A stretch of 64,000 bases of DNA. Origin: Octopus vulgaris (taxonomy: Eukaryota). Both the position numbers and the translations under genes were made by a program. The notes under the pieces were generated by a model. It saw only the letters and a program-made list of their open reading frames with translations. It was not told the DNA's origin and searched no databases. Location of the stretch: contig OX597821.1 in NCBI GenBank assembly GCA_951406725.2, positions 62,868,001 to 62,932,000 of the forward strand, written 5' to 3'. Numbering within the stretch: position 1 is the first letter of the stretch; the number at the start of each line of letters is the position of its first letter. Shown in pieces: positions 14,641 through 30,833 of the stretch.

Positions 14641-15199
14641 GCGACCTGGTTGAATACGACTCATCTCAGTAAACCAATTCAGTATTACACTTCTATTGAC
14701 ACTCCGGTTACATATTACTCTAGATTAATACACTATCCTTTCTAATCCCAAAACTGTTCAGTATTCACTTTTCATTTACATCGCCAAGTGCAAATATATT
14801 TCACACTTAACCAACAGTGCCATCTCAGAAGTACACTTAATTATACTCACCATATTCTTCTGCTGCTTTCTAAACATATTTGGTCTCTAGTTGTTTCTCA
14901 GATCTAATAAATATACTTGTTTTCATTATAATCTACATCATTCCTAAAGAGTTCACGTTTTCTTTTGTACCAATCTCAATAACAAAATACACAAGCACAT
15001 GCACACACACATACACACACATAAGTATATGTATGTATCTATGTATGCAAACACATATGTGTGTGTATATATGGGTGCATTTGTGTATATGTATATATAT
15101 TTACTTTTGTATCTACATCAACATAAAACTTAGACTGGTTTCGGTCGTTATCGGCCAAGGCCATGACTAACTCAATAGCACTACCTGGAAAAGTCTTTT

Positions 15200-15592
15200 A
15201 GATAATCATTTCAGGACACCATGGAGCACTTAAGCAGTGTGTTGTTGGTTGAGACGTATCCAGGTGGTTTATCTGGTATTTCCAGGAGGAATTTGTCCAG
15301 GTACCGTTTGGAAGTTGTGGGGTCTTTTTCAACTTCAATTTCATTCGGGATAACATTCATAAGAGCAGGACTATTTACAGTGATATGATCTTGACCATTG
15401 TAGGGGAAGCATTGCACAGGGGCCTTGTCTTGGATGAATTGTAAACATAATGCCGATATCATCAGAATAATGTTGGTGGAATATTTTCCACATGGTGCAA
15501 ATAATGTATCACTCACGGCGGCGTTGCAGAGAATAGAGTTTCAGCTGTTTCAGTCGAGCCCAATAATCAAGTTCCATTATGCCATGTATTTT
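15200..15592 (-). mobile_element. CR1-group LINE 3' end relic (ORF2 C-terminus)
   Basis: Minus-strand translation IHGIMELDYWARLKQLKLYSLQRRRE*YIICTMWKI ... SPALMNVIPNEI...KRYLDKFLLEIPDKP matches the CR1 'Y.ERL..L.L.SL..RR' and 'K..LD.FL..IPD.P' motifs; contains stops and frameshifts. Confidence 0.85.
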
Positions 15593-15636
15593 TTTTAGTG
15601 ATTGACATTTGTGGCGTTTCCATTCTCGTTATGTTT

Positions 15637-15691
<55 letters not shown>

Positions 15692-15942
15692 GAGTATAAC
15701 AATATATGAAAACACACATATAGTATAGGTCTCAAGATAAAAAGAAGAAATTGAAGGACAGAGATCAGCAAAATAAACACCATGTGGTGTTTCCGAGAGT
15801 ATTTCTTTTATTTGCATACATATAGATTTGTATCTCTGTACATAAATAATTCTTATGAAAGCACTGCAAATGTTGAAAGATATTTATTCTGAATACTTAC
15901 AGATATAAATATCCCTATATATGTTTGAATTCATGTCAACTA

Positions 15943-16020
<78 letters not shown>

Positions 16021-17513
16021 CTGTTTATTGGTCCTTTTTATTTAATCCTTGAAACATACATATATAGAGATTTCGATATATATATTATAAAAATACACAC
16101 AGATCAGAGGATGAGCAAAAATGAAAATATAAGTATTTGTAAGTATATGTTTGAAGATGTAATTGTGTGCAAACGGATATATGTGCCAAAGTAATATTTG
16201 ACTATATGAGTGTATTTAATTAATTACAGTTTGAAAGTCAAGTAGAATAATGGAAACAATATTTAGCAAAGCTTTCAAACTATTCAAACATATCGGAAAT
16301 TAAATATCAGCAATAAAGTTAAGTATGTTCAGCATTAAAATATTATATGCTGTTCATAAAAACATACACTGAGAGATAGATAGTAAAGGGAAAGTGTTAA
16401 ATATGAAATATTCCTCTTTAAATTTTCAATTAATTTTGGCTTTCATCTGTTATCTTATGGTAATTTCTGGCATGAAAAAAATATATCAAAACGTAGTGAT
16501 AAATAACATCAAACATCGTATGCCTCACTAGATGTTTCGAAAATTATCTCTGTCTATTTAGCATCAAACTGTATCAATTTAATCGATTTAATCTAACTGA
16601 ATTTAAACAACGGAGAATCATCCGTTGCCAAAGGGCGGCTGTAAAAATTGGATAAAATGTTTTCTTCAACTGATTAAAATAATATTATATGCTTCTTGTA
16701 CTCGATGCCAAAAACGGGAAACGGAAGGAAAATATACACTATTTGAAGATAGCAATATTCAAATATGCGTACGCATCCAGTTTTCTGTACACACACTTAA
16801 GCGTCTCTAAACACTGATAAAACATCAAAGAATTGTATGATACGGTCCGTGATATGCTTGGAAATTCATCTTTATATATTAGTATGTAAATGCTAAAATG
16901 TTTCTATGTATAGACACATTTCTTATTAATAACCTAAAATTCTTTTTCCTTTCATAGACGTTTCGTTGTCATATTTTCGAACTCAATCTCATAAAAATCT
17001 CTAATTCAAAATTCTGTATAACTTACAAATATTTCTCTACGGGCAGCATGTAGAGATACGTATATATATACACCCTCCTAAATATAATGTATGCTCTATA
17101 TACTTATAAAAATATATATATATATATAAAAGACAAATGAATCTTGTGTAAATTTCCAATTTATTCCCACCCATACCTAGTATTCAATGGCAATATTGCC
17201 ATGAAATAGTAATCACTTGGTTGATAATACGTAGATATACATCATTAGTATATTGGATATTTAATATCCCTTAGATGGTTTATTAACCTCTAACACATAC
17301 AGACATATATATATATTATATATATATATATACTTTATAATTAGGGTTCAGCAAATATTTGCTATACCACATACGGAAGATTAGAAATAGCAGCCCAAAA
17401 ACCTTAGTTATTTCCTCTACTTTAAAAAGGGAATCCCAGAAAAAACAAAATACTTGAAAACAATCCACGCAGGCAGAGAGGAAAATAACGAAAACCAATC
17501 GATATCTGATTAC

Positions 17514-17997
<484 letters not shown>

Positions 17998-18050
17998 TAT
18001 GTATATATATATACGTACATACACAAATAAATATATATACACAAACATAC

Positions 18051-18084
<34 letters not shown>

Positions 18085-18114
18085 CACATATATACAGAGG
18101 CATATATATGTGTT

Positions 18115-18167
<53 letters not shown>

Positions 18168-18575
18168 GAAGATGCATGGATCAGTTGTTAGAGCGTCGGA
18201 CTCACAATGAGGAGTTATTGAATTCGATTCCCGAGCTGGAGTTCTGTGCTGTGTTCTGGAGCAAGATACCTTATTTCACGTTGCTCTAGTCAACTCAGCT
18301 GTAAGTATATGTTTGAAGATGTAATTTTTATTTTTCCTTAAGACTTAGTCAATGATGGTGACCGTACTGTGGTACTTAATTAAAAAAGAGTGAAATGGGA
18401 CGTAACTGATGCCAAGCTGTATCGTGTTTTGCTATTTGTAGCGTGGCGAGGAGAGGCTGGTTTGCATGGGTGACTGCTGTTTTTCCATAAACAAACTTGC
18501 CCGAATTTGTACTTCAGAGGGTAACTTTCTAGGTTTAATTTCATGGACATTCATGACTGAAGTGGGTCTCAACCT
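18168..18575 (+). mobile_element. tRNA-derived SINE (CORE-like) interrupted by an ~85-bp insertion
   Basis: tRNA-like head with TTCGATTCC; TTATTTCACGTTGCTC motif shared with 35527-35735 and, inverted, with 36640-36980. Confidence 0.65.
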
Positions 18576-18590
18576 TTATACACACACACG

Positions 18591-18658
<68 letters not shown>

Positions 18659-18770
18659 AAGGATAAAATCAGGTCAATGATTTTTATCAGGTAGCCAGCA
18701 TGCAATAAATATGTATAGGTAATTTCTACAATAAATTAATAATAATATACATATGTATATAATTATATTA

Positions 18771-18869
18771 AGTGTTCAGTCCCACTGCGTGACACCGTGT
18801 GCAATTGTCTCGTGCCGACCAAAAACTCGTGAGTGGATTTGGTAGACGGAAATTGAAAGAAGCCTGTCG

Positions 18870-18924
<55 letters not shown>

Positions 18925-19157
18925 GTGTGTGTCTATGTTTGTATGTTTGTCCGTCTGTGCTTGTCCCCCCACCATCGCTTGACAACCCATGATGGTGTGT
19001 TTACGTTCGCGTAATTCAGTGGATCGGTAAAAGAGAACGATAGAATAAGTACTAGGCTTACAAAGAATAAGTCCTGTGGTCGATTTGTTTGACTAAAGGT
19101 AGTGCTCCAGCATTGCCGCTGTGATATGACTGAAACAGATAAAACAATAAAAGGATA
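18771..19157 (+). mobile_element. SINE family A, 5' truncated
   Basis: Homology to other family A copies from GTTCAGTCCCACTGCGTG to ATGACTGAAAC. Confidence 0.85.
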
Positions 19158-19176
19158 ATATATATATGTACGTAAG

Positions 19177-19208
<32 letters not shown>

Positions 19209-19689
19209 TCTCTCTCTCTCTCTCTCTGTATATATATATATATATATATACATATATAGATACACGCACACATACACACACACACCCGCTACTAGAAATG
19301 TAACCAAAATATTTGTGAAAGTATTGGCTGATGTTTAGTGGAAATAGCAAAAGAAGAGGCATGGGTTAATTTATCAATTAAATTATTTTCAAGATTAATT
19401 ACGATATCTTTATATTTTTCAGTTTAGTACCATAGTACGGTCACCATCAGTGACTAAAGCTTAAGAAAAAATATAAAAGATATACACGCAAAGATACACA
19501 CATGTCCACACCAAAGCACATATCGAATATTCTATCTTGGAAAATCAAGCTAATCTTATGATCTAGCAACTGTAATTTTGTGGGTTTGATTCCTCGAGCG
19601 GGCCGATTGCGTTCTTTGGAAACACGATCTGTTTTTCGATTCTACATTTTACTTAACAAAATTGCGTAACGGTGGAATCTTACAAAAGC

Positions 19690-19860
19690 AACCAAATTCA
19701 TCTAACCATTTTCGCAATGTTGAGAAAGCTGGAGCGTCATCCCTTAATGTAGCAACAATGACAAAATTAATGTCCTTGTTGCTAAACCATTTCTCTACCG
19801 GTACTTGATAACTTGATGATGTATTTTCCCTTTGTTTAAGCACTACGGATATCACAATAA
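19690..19860 (-). mobile_element. mariner transposase N-terminal relic
   Basis: KWFSNKDINFVIVATLRDDAPAFSTLRKWLDEF, homologous to the HTH region of the copy at 21.7-21.95 kb. Confidence 0.7.
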
Positions 19861-21164
19861 CCTCCGGCTTACGGAACTATAAACTTTACTCGTTTTAATT
19901 ATATGGACATATATATGTATATGTTGGACATATATATTGCAGCGGCAATGAAGTAAAGTAAAGTAGGTCTTATACTGTTGAGTTTACAATAACATGCTAT
20001 AATAACAATTATCTTTAATTCAACAAGTTCGAACTTTTACCATAATGAAATTAAAGAAGTAAATATGAAAGAGGCAACACAGGATGTTTAATAAGTTGTC
20101 ATATTCTGAGTGTCATGTAATGAACACAACAAAAAGCATATTTTGCTTCGCTACGTTCTACTATCTCAAAAGTCATTAATTATGACAAATGTTTTATTGC
20201 TTGGCAACCGTAATGGCATAATTGTCAATCAAAGTGTTAGCAAAACGAATTACAATCTGCTGCATCTAATATTGTTGTTAGTTTGTGATAAAACTTACCT
20301 CTCTGCACAAACACACTATTCCAGTAACACAGTGATTACTAACAAATTGGATGCATCTTCTGTTCAATGACTGACATTCAATTTATTAGATAATCATCAG
20401 AAAACTTCATGAAAAAGATTGGTATTTTACTCATTCTATTCATAGAATAGTTGGATGATGGTTGTATCTTTGCTGTACGAAAACTTTTACACGTTTTTAG
20501 AAAAACAGTGGCCCTAAAACATTATACTCCGAACACCGTGTAACTTTAGTAGCACAGGTGAATGATCGGTAGATTGTCAAAACTGGGCGGTACAAGACTT
20601 CTTGGGAGTTATAAACTTAACTAGAGTACCTGGGAATATCATAAGTATCATTTTCTTTCATGATTAAGTTCTGTAAAATGATGTTAATTTGAATAATTTG
20701 TATTAGTATGCTGGACAATTTTATACTGCTTTCAATTATGTTAACCATACACACACGCATATGTGTACATGTATATATGCGTATGCATACATTCAAGCAA
20801 ATGCCAACCTCTTCTCGAATTTGAAATGTGACATTCTTTTATCAACATTCAAACGATAGGGCATGGTGTCTATTAGAAACTAGCTCCTTTCCCAGAGGAA
20901 GGATTTGAACGATTAAAAACAGAAGACTACACACACACACACGCATAAACACATACACACACGCACATATATACACTTAAATATATATGCATATAAGGTG
21001 CAACTGTGTTTATGTGTGTCTGTGGTTGTGTGAATGATCATGAGAGAGACATTTATTTAACTTGCGTATGAATGTGACTGCTAATGTCACTCAAGCGTTT
21101 ACTTGTTGATCTTTACATCCAAATGCACACATATTACAAGTAACTTATTCAATATGACTTCTAC

Positions 21165-22135
21165 CTTCCAGAGTCCATTACCTTAACCAAGATGCCTTCA
21201 TGGAATGTGACCAGATGAGGTTTATTCTTCGTCATAGAAAACCTTGTGGTACACACATTTCTTTCATTGGTGTTGCAGTGTTTGGATTTCATTGATAAAG
21301 CTTTTGGAACTAATTGATAAATTGATTTGGGATTCATTGGTAAAGGAGCTTTCATCTAGTTACTCATAAAAGTCCTCAACAATATATCCGATATCATCAT
21401 TATTGCGATAATGATATCTAAGACCAGCTAAGTAATTGTCCATATTTGGGAACAGCTGATAGTCATATGGTGCAAAACCAGAAGAATAGGGAGGGTGATC
21501 AACTAATTCCAAGCAACAATCCCGAACACCAGGCTTTGAAGCCAGTGAATTGTGTGCTGGAGTGTTGTCCTTATAAAAACAAATCCCCTTTCACCATTTT
21601 TTCTGGGCGTTTGATCTTAATAACCGTTCGTAACTGCCTCAGCAGTGTTATTCCTCACGGGATATGCTAATAGCATTGGCTATATAATTTGTACACCATC
21701 ATCTGCCATCCATCACCATTTCGTGAACAAGATCAATATTTTCCTCGGTGGTAGCAGCTGAAGGAAGCTCAGACTTTGTGTCATCTTCAGGACGCTCCAT
21801 TCTCCCCCTAAAATAATCTGTCCACTTTCTCTTTGTTCATAAAGCTGGAGCTTCATCCCTTAATGTAGCAATCATGACAGCATAAATGTCCTTGGAGCGA
21901 AACCCTTTGTCTGTAGGTACTTGATAACACCACGGTTCCAATTTACTTCTATTTTGAAGAGAAATTGCTAATAGTTACATTTGAAGACTTCTTTGAGCAG
22001 TGAGATACCAGGTTACGCTGGAAAGGAACAATGAAGTTATTAATAAAGGGTGTTGAAATTAATGCGTGCCAGATTTCGTAGCTTTAGCGTCAGTCCTTCA
22101 TAGTCAGCCCATAATATTTTCAGCCCACTCTCGTA
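21165..22135 (-). mobile_element. Internally deleted mariner (Tc1/mariner) element
   Basis: 5' terminus TACGAGAGTGGGCTGAAAA; degenerate HTH (VIKYL..KDIYAVMIATLRDEAPA..ATTEENIDLVHEMV) joined to catalytic region (KDNTPAH...VDHPPYSSGFAPYDYQLF, cf. HDNARPH / HPPYSPDLAPSD); many stops. Confidence 0.85.
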
Positions 22136-24000
22136 CATGACTCTGGATTTTGTCGAGAATACATGTATGTTAATTGAAAGATACCCGTCCAATTATTCTA
22201 CTTTATTCTATTTGAAGATATATTTTTCAACTCTTTAACTTAAGAGAGTGAGAGAGAGAGAGAGAGAGAGAGAAAGAGCAATCCATATGATTAGTTTCAT
22301 TGCTTCCGAGAAAATTGGGAAAAACAGAATAAGAGGGAGTTCTTGCAATCGATTCGATCTCAGTACATGCACTCAAAGTATCAGCGTGTCAAACTGGATC
22401 ATCGATTATGTCTTATAACCAGATAGAGTATGACATGATATAAACTCAAAACGTAATACACCGAAATAAACATTAAAAAGAACTGGATTCGTCGCACTGA
22501 TTTGTGGATTTTTATCGAACCCCACACAATTATAGCCAAAGGTGATCTCGAGTAGGAATATGAACTCTGAAATCATATGTTGAAAAGGCATAAGCCAATA
22601 CAAAAGCAGTTAGCACACCAGTTGTATATCATAAATAGCTCCATCATTATCGATGCAAAGCAATTTTATTGAAACTTTACAGACAAGGCAAAAGAGTCAA
22701 GGCAATTTATTTGCACTTAAGAGACATGCACACCAATTGCGCAAACATTTACCAACACATATAGAAAATCAAATATAATTGCCTTAAAATCATATAAAAT
22801 TTCAGACACTGGTTACTAACTGGCTGGAGATTCTTAGTAATAACATAAAACATACACACAAATATATTTCTAAGCGGATGTACGTTTGTATATGGGTGTG
22901 TATGTATATATACATTTGAACATATATATATATAGATGTGTATATATATCCCTATACATACACATAACATCGTCTAGGCAACTAAAAATAAATAAAATAG
23001 CTAAATACTTCAACACAATACTTATTCATACACCCACACACACACACATACAACCCACATTCACGCTCTAGAAAACGGACATCACTCAAAATTATGAACG
23101 GAGAAATGGAATAAATGGAATTAAAAATTATATTCACTTGGTAAAACGAACACTACTTAAAAATTATGAATGAAACAATGCAATAAAACAACAGACATCG
23201 CAAATATACACAAATTACTACGAATTCCTTAACAAACCTACCATGATAAACCAAAACTCACAAAAACATATAATGATAAAATCTCCCTTTACTAAACTCT
23301 ATAACATACCTATATAGCAATCCCCCTAACCTAAACATTCACACACAAATACACACACGTAAACCACACACCCACGACATATACAAATACCCACACCACT
23401 TACACATACCAATACATACATATAAACCTCAACATATACTCCAAAAACCCACTCAACCCCACACAGACAAATAAACACAAAAATTATGAATGGATTCTTT
23501 TATAAAACTACCATGATAAGCTAAAACTCACAAAACAGAAATGATAAACCTCCCTTTACTAAACACTATAACATACTTATATAGCAATCCCTTTAACCTA
23601 TACATTCACACACAAAAACACACACGTAAACCACACACCCATAACAAATACAAACACCCACCCAACTCACACACACCCACAAGTACATATAAGCCTCAAC
23701 ATATACACCAAACAAAATTACTTTACCAAGGAACTTAACATATGTATAAAAAGTATAACCGCTCTGGAAACGAACATCTCTAAATTAATGAATGGAGAAA
23801 TGGTATAAATGGAATTAAAAATAATATTCACGTGGTAAAACGAACACCACTCAAAAATTATGAATGAAACAATGTAATAAAACAACCAACATCGAAAATA
23901 GACAAATTACCACGAATTCCCTAAAAAAACCATGATAAACCAAAACTCTCAAAAACATATAACGATAAAATCTCCCTTTGCTAAACTCTATAACAAACCT

Positions 24001-24281
24001 GCAAATTAATCTAACTTTAGGGTCTGAATAAAAATTATCTTTATGGTCTTTAAGAGTAATTCTGGGGTGCAAAGGTACATAAGGTTCAGTTTTATTATCC
24101 AACTCATATTTTAACATTACTACTTTAGAGGCCTTATTAATATTATAAAGAATATCATCTGGAACAATTTTATATTTTTTAATTATTTCTTTCCCTAATA
24201 GTTTATCATATAATTTAACATCTAATTTATATAAGTTCCTTGTTTTATCAGATTGTACTATAATACCATCCATATTTCTCA
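24001..24281 (-). mobile_element. Penelope-like element (PLE) reverse-transcriptase-region fragment, copy 1
   Basis: IIVQSDKTRNLYKL...YDKLL...KKYK...IN...RITLKDHKDNFYSDPKVRLIC resembles the PLE 'ADK..N.Y...ITLKDHK.NF...P..RLI' region just upstream of the RT core. Confidence 0.75.
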
Positions 24282-24943
24282 TCACACACAAATATACACA
24301 CGTAAACCACACACCCACGACATATACAAATACCCACACCACTTACACATACCAATACATACATATAAACCTCAACATATACTCCAAAAACCCACTCAAC
24401 CCCACACAGACAAATAAACACAAAAATTATGAATGGATTCTTTTATAAAACTACCATGATAAGCTAAAACTCACAAAACAGAAATGATAAACCTCCCTTT
24501 ACTAAACACTATAACATACTTATATAGCAATCCCTTTAACCTATACATTCACACACAAAAACACACACGTAAACCACACACCCATAACAAATACAAACAC
24601 CCACCCAACTCACACACACCCACAAGTACATATAAGCCTCAACATATACACCAAACAAAATTACTTTACCAAGGAACTTAACATATGTATAAAAAGTATA
24701 ACCGCTCTGGAAACGAACATCTCTAAATTAATGAATGGAGAAATGGTATAAATGGAATTAAAAATAATATTCACGTGGTAAAACGAACACCACTCAAAAA
24801 TTATGAATGAAACAATGTAATAAAACAACCAACATCGAAAATAGACAAATTACCACGAATTCCCTAAAAAAACCATGATAAACCAAAACTCTCAAAAACA
24901 TATAACGATAAAATCTCCCTTTGCTAAACTCTATAACAAACCT

Positions 24944-25224
24944 GCAAATTAATCTAACTTTAGGGTCTGAATAAAAATTATCTTTATGGTCTTTAAGAGT
25001 AATTCTGGGGTGCAAAGGTACATAAGGTTCAGTTTTATTATCCAACTCATATTTTAACATTACTACTTTAGAGGCCTTATTAATATTATAAAGAATATCA
25101 TCTGGAACAATTTTATATTTTTTAATTATTTCTTTCCCTAATAGTTTATCATATAATTTAACATCTAATTTATATAAGTTCCTTGTTTTATCAGATTGTA
25201 CTATAATACCATCCATATTTCTCA
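24944..25224 (-). mobile_element. Penelope-like RT-region fragment, copy 2
   Basis: Identical to 24001-24281, shifted by 943 bp. Confidence 0.75.
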
Positions 25225-25927
25225 TCACACACAAATATACACACGTAAACCACACACCCACGACATATACAAATACCCACACCACTTACACATACCAATA
25301 CATACATATAAACCTCAACATATACTCCAAAAACCCACTCAACCCCACACAGACAAATAAACACAAAAATTATGAATGGATTCTTTTATAAAACTACCAT
25401 GATAAGCTAAAACTCACAAAACAGAAATGATAAACCTCCCTTTACTAAACACTATAACATACTTATATAGCAATCCCTTTAACCTATACATTCACACACA
25501 AAAACACACACGTAAACCACACACCCATAACAAATACAAACACCCACCCAACTCACACACACCCACAAGTACATATAAGCCTCAACATATACACCAAACA
25601 AAATTACTTTACCAAGGAACTTAACATATGTATAAAAAGTATAACCGCTCTGGAAACGAACATCTCTAAATTAATGAATGGAGAAATGGAATAAATGGAA
25701 TTAAAAATAATATTCACGTGGCAAAACGAACACCACTCAAAAATTATGAATGAAACAATGTAATAAAACAACCAACATCGAAAATAGACTTATGTATTGA
25801 TTAAGTCTTTCCTTGTTTGTTTTGCAAAATAGTGGTTTTGTCTCTAATAATATTTTATAATATTTTACTATAAAATTGGATTTAATCCTAAATCTGATTT
25901 TTTCCCTGTAAATTTGGATTTATTCCC

Positions 25928-26530
<603 letters not shown>

Positions 26531-26614
26531 GGATATAAATATATATATATATATAGATAGATAGATAGAAAAATAGATATATATATGTACATGTATATAT
26601 ATATATATGGGTTT

Positions 26615-26702
<88 letters not shown>

Positions 26703-26789
26703 TTATGTATTTTTCTTCAAACGCTTGTGCTTCTTTCTCCCCACACCTTTTGTATGTTTCCTTTCCACGTTTACTTTCCTCCCCGGAAG

Positions 26790-26895
26790 AATCTTTTGGT
26801 TCCCCTTGTTTCTTTCCTTGTTTTTTACTGTGTCCCTTCCCGTAGAAGAGCGTAGGCTCGAAACGTAAAAGACTTTTTCTATTTCTGAGCGTTAC
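26790..26895 (+). mobile_element. Family H1 element with hammerhead-like motif
   Basis: CCGTAGA-A-GAGC-GTAG-GCTC-GAAA-CGTA-AAAGAC at 26840-26873. Confidence 0.65.
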
Positions 26896-28089
26896 ACGCA
26901 CACACAAACACACAATCACATATTCACATACATGAACATACATATGATCTATATATGTTATATTTGTGCACATGTAGGTTTTAATGTGTGCATACATAAA
27001 CGCCTATATAAGTGAACATGAAGATGTATCTCAGTCATAGATTCTGACCAGAAATGTTAATTTTTCCTTCTGTCAACTGAACTATTACTCTCATTGGATC
27101 ATTAAAATACTGTGGTAGAGGCAGCGCACTCAACAGATTCACATGCCCTTACTGGTTGATTCAGACTTCAACCATGTCGAGGTTAGACCTGTAAATCACA
27201 GTTATAACCCATCCGAAAAGTTTCCATCGAGATTCAGCCTGCTTAATTTCACTCACATCTAAGTGTCATCACGATGCTATATAAAATGACGTTTGTCAAC
27301 TCTTCAGTAGGAATGAAGGAAACTGGATAGACATTTACACAGAATATAAAAGTACTAGAAAGGCATAACGTGTTTGCGTATTAGGAGCATAATTTAGATT
27401 GATCAATGCAGTTTCTTAGTTAAATGCCCAAACATTGTTCTGTTGAATACTCGGTATGAAATATTTCATATATAGACGATATATCTGTGACTGGAGATTG
27501 TATAGAATACAGAAATGACTTATTTTATGCGCATCTACAAAGCAAACATCTTAAGTGTTCTTTCATACATGGTTTATATACTACTGTAGATGCCTCAGTA
27601 TTGAATCACGATCTGTCACAGACGAAAATGTCTACATAATGAATGGAAATTAATATCTTCAAGTTACACATTTGAACATTCAGATAGCCGGATTTAACGA
27701 AAATTACACACTCTACTGAATTACAGACAATCGTCATAAAACATTTTCCGAATATCCAAATACAAATATCTGAAAAATCTATTAGTTTATACATTGCACA
27801 ATGTTAATCGGCAATTCTCTATGTCTGGAAGATTTGGCTGATATGTATCAAGCGTATACTTCAATGAGATGAAATCTGCGAAAGTGGAATCAAAAAGCTT
27901 TTGATGTAATCAGATTATACTTTCAAAATTGGAAACGTAGGACCCATATTTTCACTATGGTTGATTTAGTAACAAATACACAGAGCGAATCAATTACAAT
28001 CTGTAATAGAGTCGATGTATGATTATAGTAACACATATATACGTGTATCTATAAATACATAACCTATTAACTTCCAAAACACACACACA

Positions 28090-28212
<123 letters not shown>

Positions 28213-30025
28213 GCACACACACACATACACACAGAAACCCATTGATATAAACGGACGGAGATATAAATACACACTCAAACCACGCTAGTACTGATATACA
28301 AGACAAACTAAACGTATTACTGCAGTAAAACACATAATTTATAACAAACCATATCTTCATATATCTTCCTCTATGACTATACATCTTCTACTAACTTCTC
28401 CCCCACTTTCTCCCCCTCCTCCTCACTATTATAACCACCATCACTATCCTCATCTTCCTCATCATCGTCATCATCATCACGAAAATCTTTTCGTTTATTC
28501 GTTCACTGTATTCTATGGCTATTATTTATATTCAACATGCTATTATGCCACTCAACTTACCATAAACACATTTTCGTTTGATATTTAAATTTATAGTTTC
28601 CCCAAGATCTCAACAGCCTTTAAGGTATTGTACTCACATTCCTTCTCCTATCAGGCTGCTGCTACTACTACTACTACTACTAATGCTGCTGTTGCTACTG
28701 CTGCTGCTGTAGTTGGTTTCCTTGCGGCTACAAACAATATATATAAATATGCGTGTTTTGCATATGTTTATATATACATGCATATATACGTGTGTGTGTT
28801 TAAACAAACTTGAATCGCATGATTCACTGATGAACTCGCTTTTATAGTTATGTTAAAGCGAGTTTGCGTCCTCTCGAACAGTAACCAGGCGTGCTCTGCA
28901 GACATCACAGAATCAACAAAAGAACCAAAAATCACCAAGACTTGAAGCCGAATATCGTACACGATTTCACTTTAAGAATGCAACTAGTTTTGAGTGGATG
29001 AACTATGCCTTTCGAAAGTAGAATGAAAGAAGCACACCAGCCTCTTCAACAGCCAGAGGGAATCCAGCTTGTGGATCAAAGTTTTCGCCACACAGTTACG
29101 GTGCTTACAAACTAATTAAACAATTCTCAGTCTCTGGGAAGAACAAGACCACATATTTAATAGCATTATTAGAGACAAGATTGTTCCAGCTGTACCTGAT
29201 ATAGGAACAGCTAAACGCGACCTACATTTATAACGGAAATAGCTTTGTATTTTAACGCGTGGGTTGTTGTAGGAGTGCTATTTCTTATTTAAGCTTGAAA
29301 GCTGAGTCAAAAGGGATGTATTACAACTTGATGGGATCGCCAAACAGTTTAAATGCACAAGTCTCTGACATCAAAGTGGTTAAAAAGTGACAGTAGAAGG
29401 GTACCCGGGAATTGTGACCTAAACGTGACCAGACGCCACGACATTGTAAGAAGTTACGGTTGGAAGCAATTGCCCAAAGGCGATTTCTTCGCTGAAGGCC
29501 TTCTGCGACTCAGCTCTCTAGTGATCTCTTACAACTGTATGTATATATGTATGTATGCATACATGTATGTATGTATGCATGTATGTATGCTTATATGAAT
29601 GTATGTATGTATGTATTTATAAATGTATGTATGTATGTATGTATGTATGAATGTATATATATATATATATGTATATACAGTTATGGCATATTCTGTTAAG
29701 CAGAATACTGTATAAATCTCTCCACCTGCATATTTGCCTTGTGCTATCCACTAGTAGTATTATGCGTACTTCCAGTTTTGCGTTTGGGCATCTGTCGAGT
29801 GTGAGTAGAAATCCAAGCCACGACAGAGAGAGAGGAGGTCCTTGAAGCTTATGGAGACAATGCTTACATATCGCCTGAGTAGACACAACTAGATCTCATA
29901 ATGCACGAAAACAGTTGCGTAATCAAGTACCCGTACACCTGGAGAACTACGTTGAGTGAAAACATTTGAAATGATTAAAAACTAAACGTCTAACCGTACC
30001 CCTTTTTGATGACTCCAAACTTTTC

Positions 30026-30083
<58 letters not shown>

Positions 30084-30086
30084 TTA

Positions 30087-30193
<107 letters not shown>

Positions 30194-30441
30194 AAAACGC
30201 AAAAACTGTATATATATATATGTATGTGTGTGTGCCTGTGTCTGTGTGTAGTTATTTATTTGAGTGTGTATGTGCTTCTGTGTGAATATATTAGCACTGT
30301 GTCCCGTGTATGTATATAAGTGTGTAATGCGCGTATGAAACTCTAAACACACTTAGGCGTATGTGTCTGTGTGCGAGTGTGTGTGTTTTTCTATGTATGT
30401 GTTTGCATATATATCTGTATATCTGTATAATCTTGTGTGTT

Positions 30442-30491
<50 letters not shown>

Positions 30492-30508
30492 CAAAATGAT
30501 ATATATAT

Positions 30509-30603
<95 letters not shown>

Positions 30604-30789
30604 CAGATAGATAGATATTCATAATTTATTTTTTATTCATATGTATAAATCATTTTAACAAAATAAATAAGTATTTGCGATAATTAAATTTTATCCAAAA
30701 TCATATACTGATGGTTTTAAATAATTAAACGTTTATTTTTTCTTCTATTTTTTGTAGTCTCAAATAAACTTGATTATAACAAATTTTGA

Positions 30790-30833
<44 letters not shown>

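Larger units (their letters stand above)
23340..25789. repeat. Near-perfect tandem repeat, 943-bp unit, ~2.6 copies
   Basis: Identical ORFs at 23541/24484/25427 and 23851/24794 are spaced exactly 943 bp; a diverged related block lies at ~23060-23340. Confidence 0.95.

Noticed and set aside
23340-25789. CRISPR-like array or prokaryotic system
   Set aside because: Units are long and identical with no unique spacers; the window is eukaryotic and has no cas or other bacterial genes.
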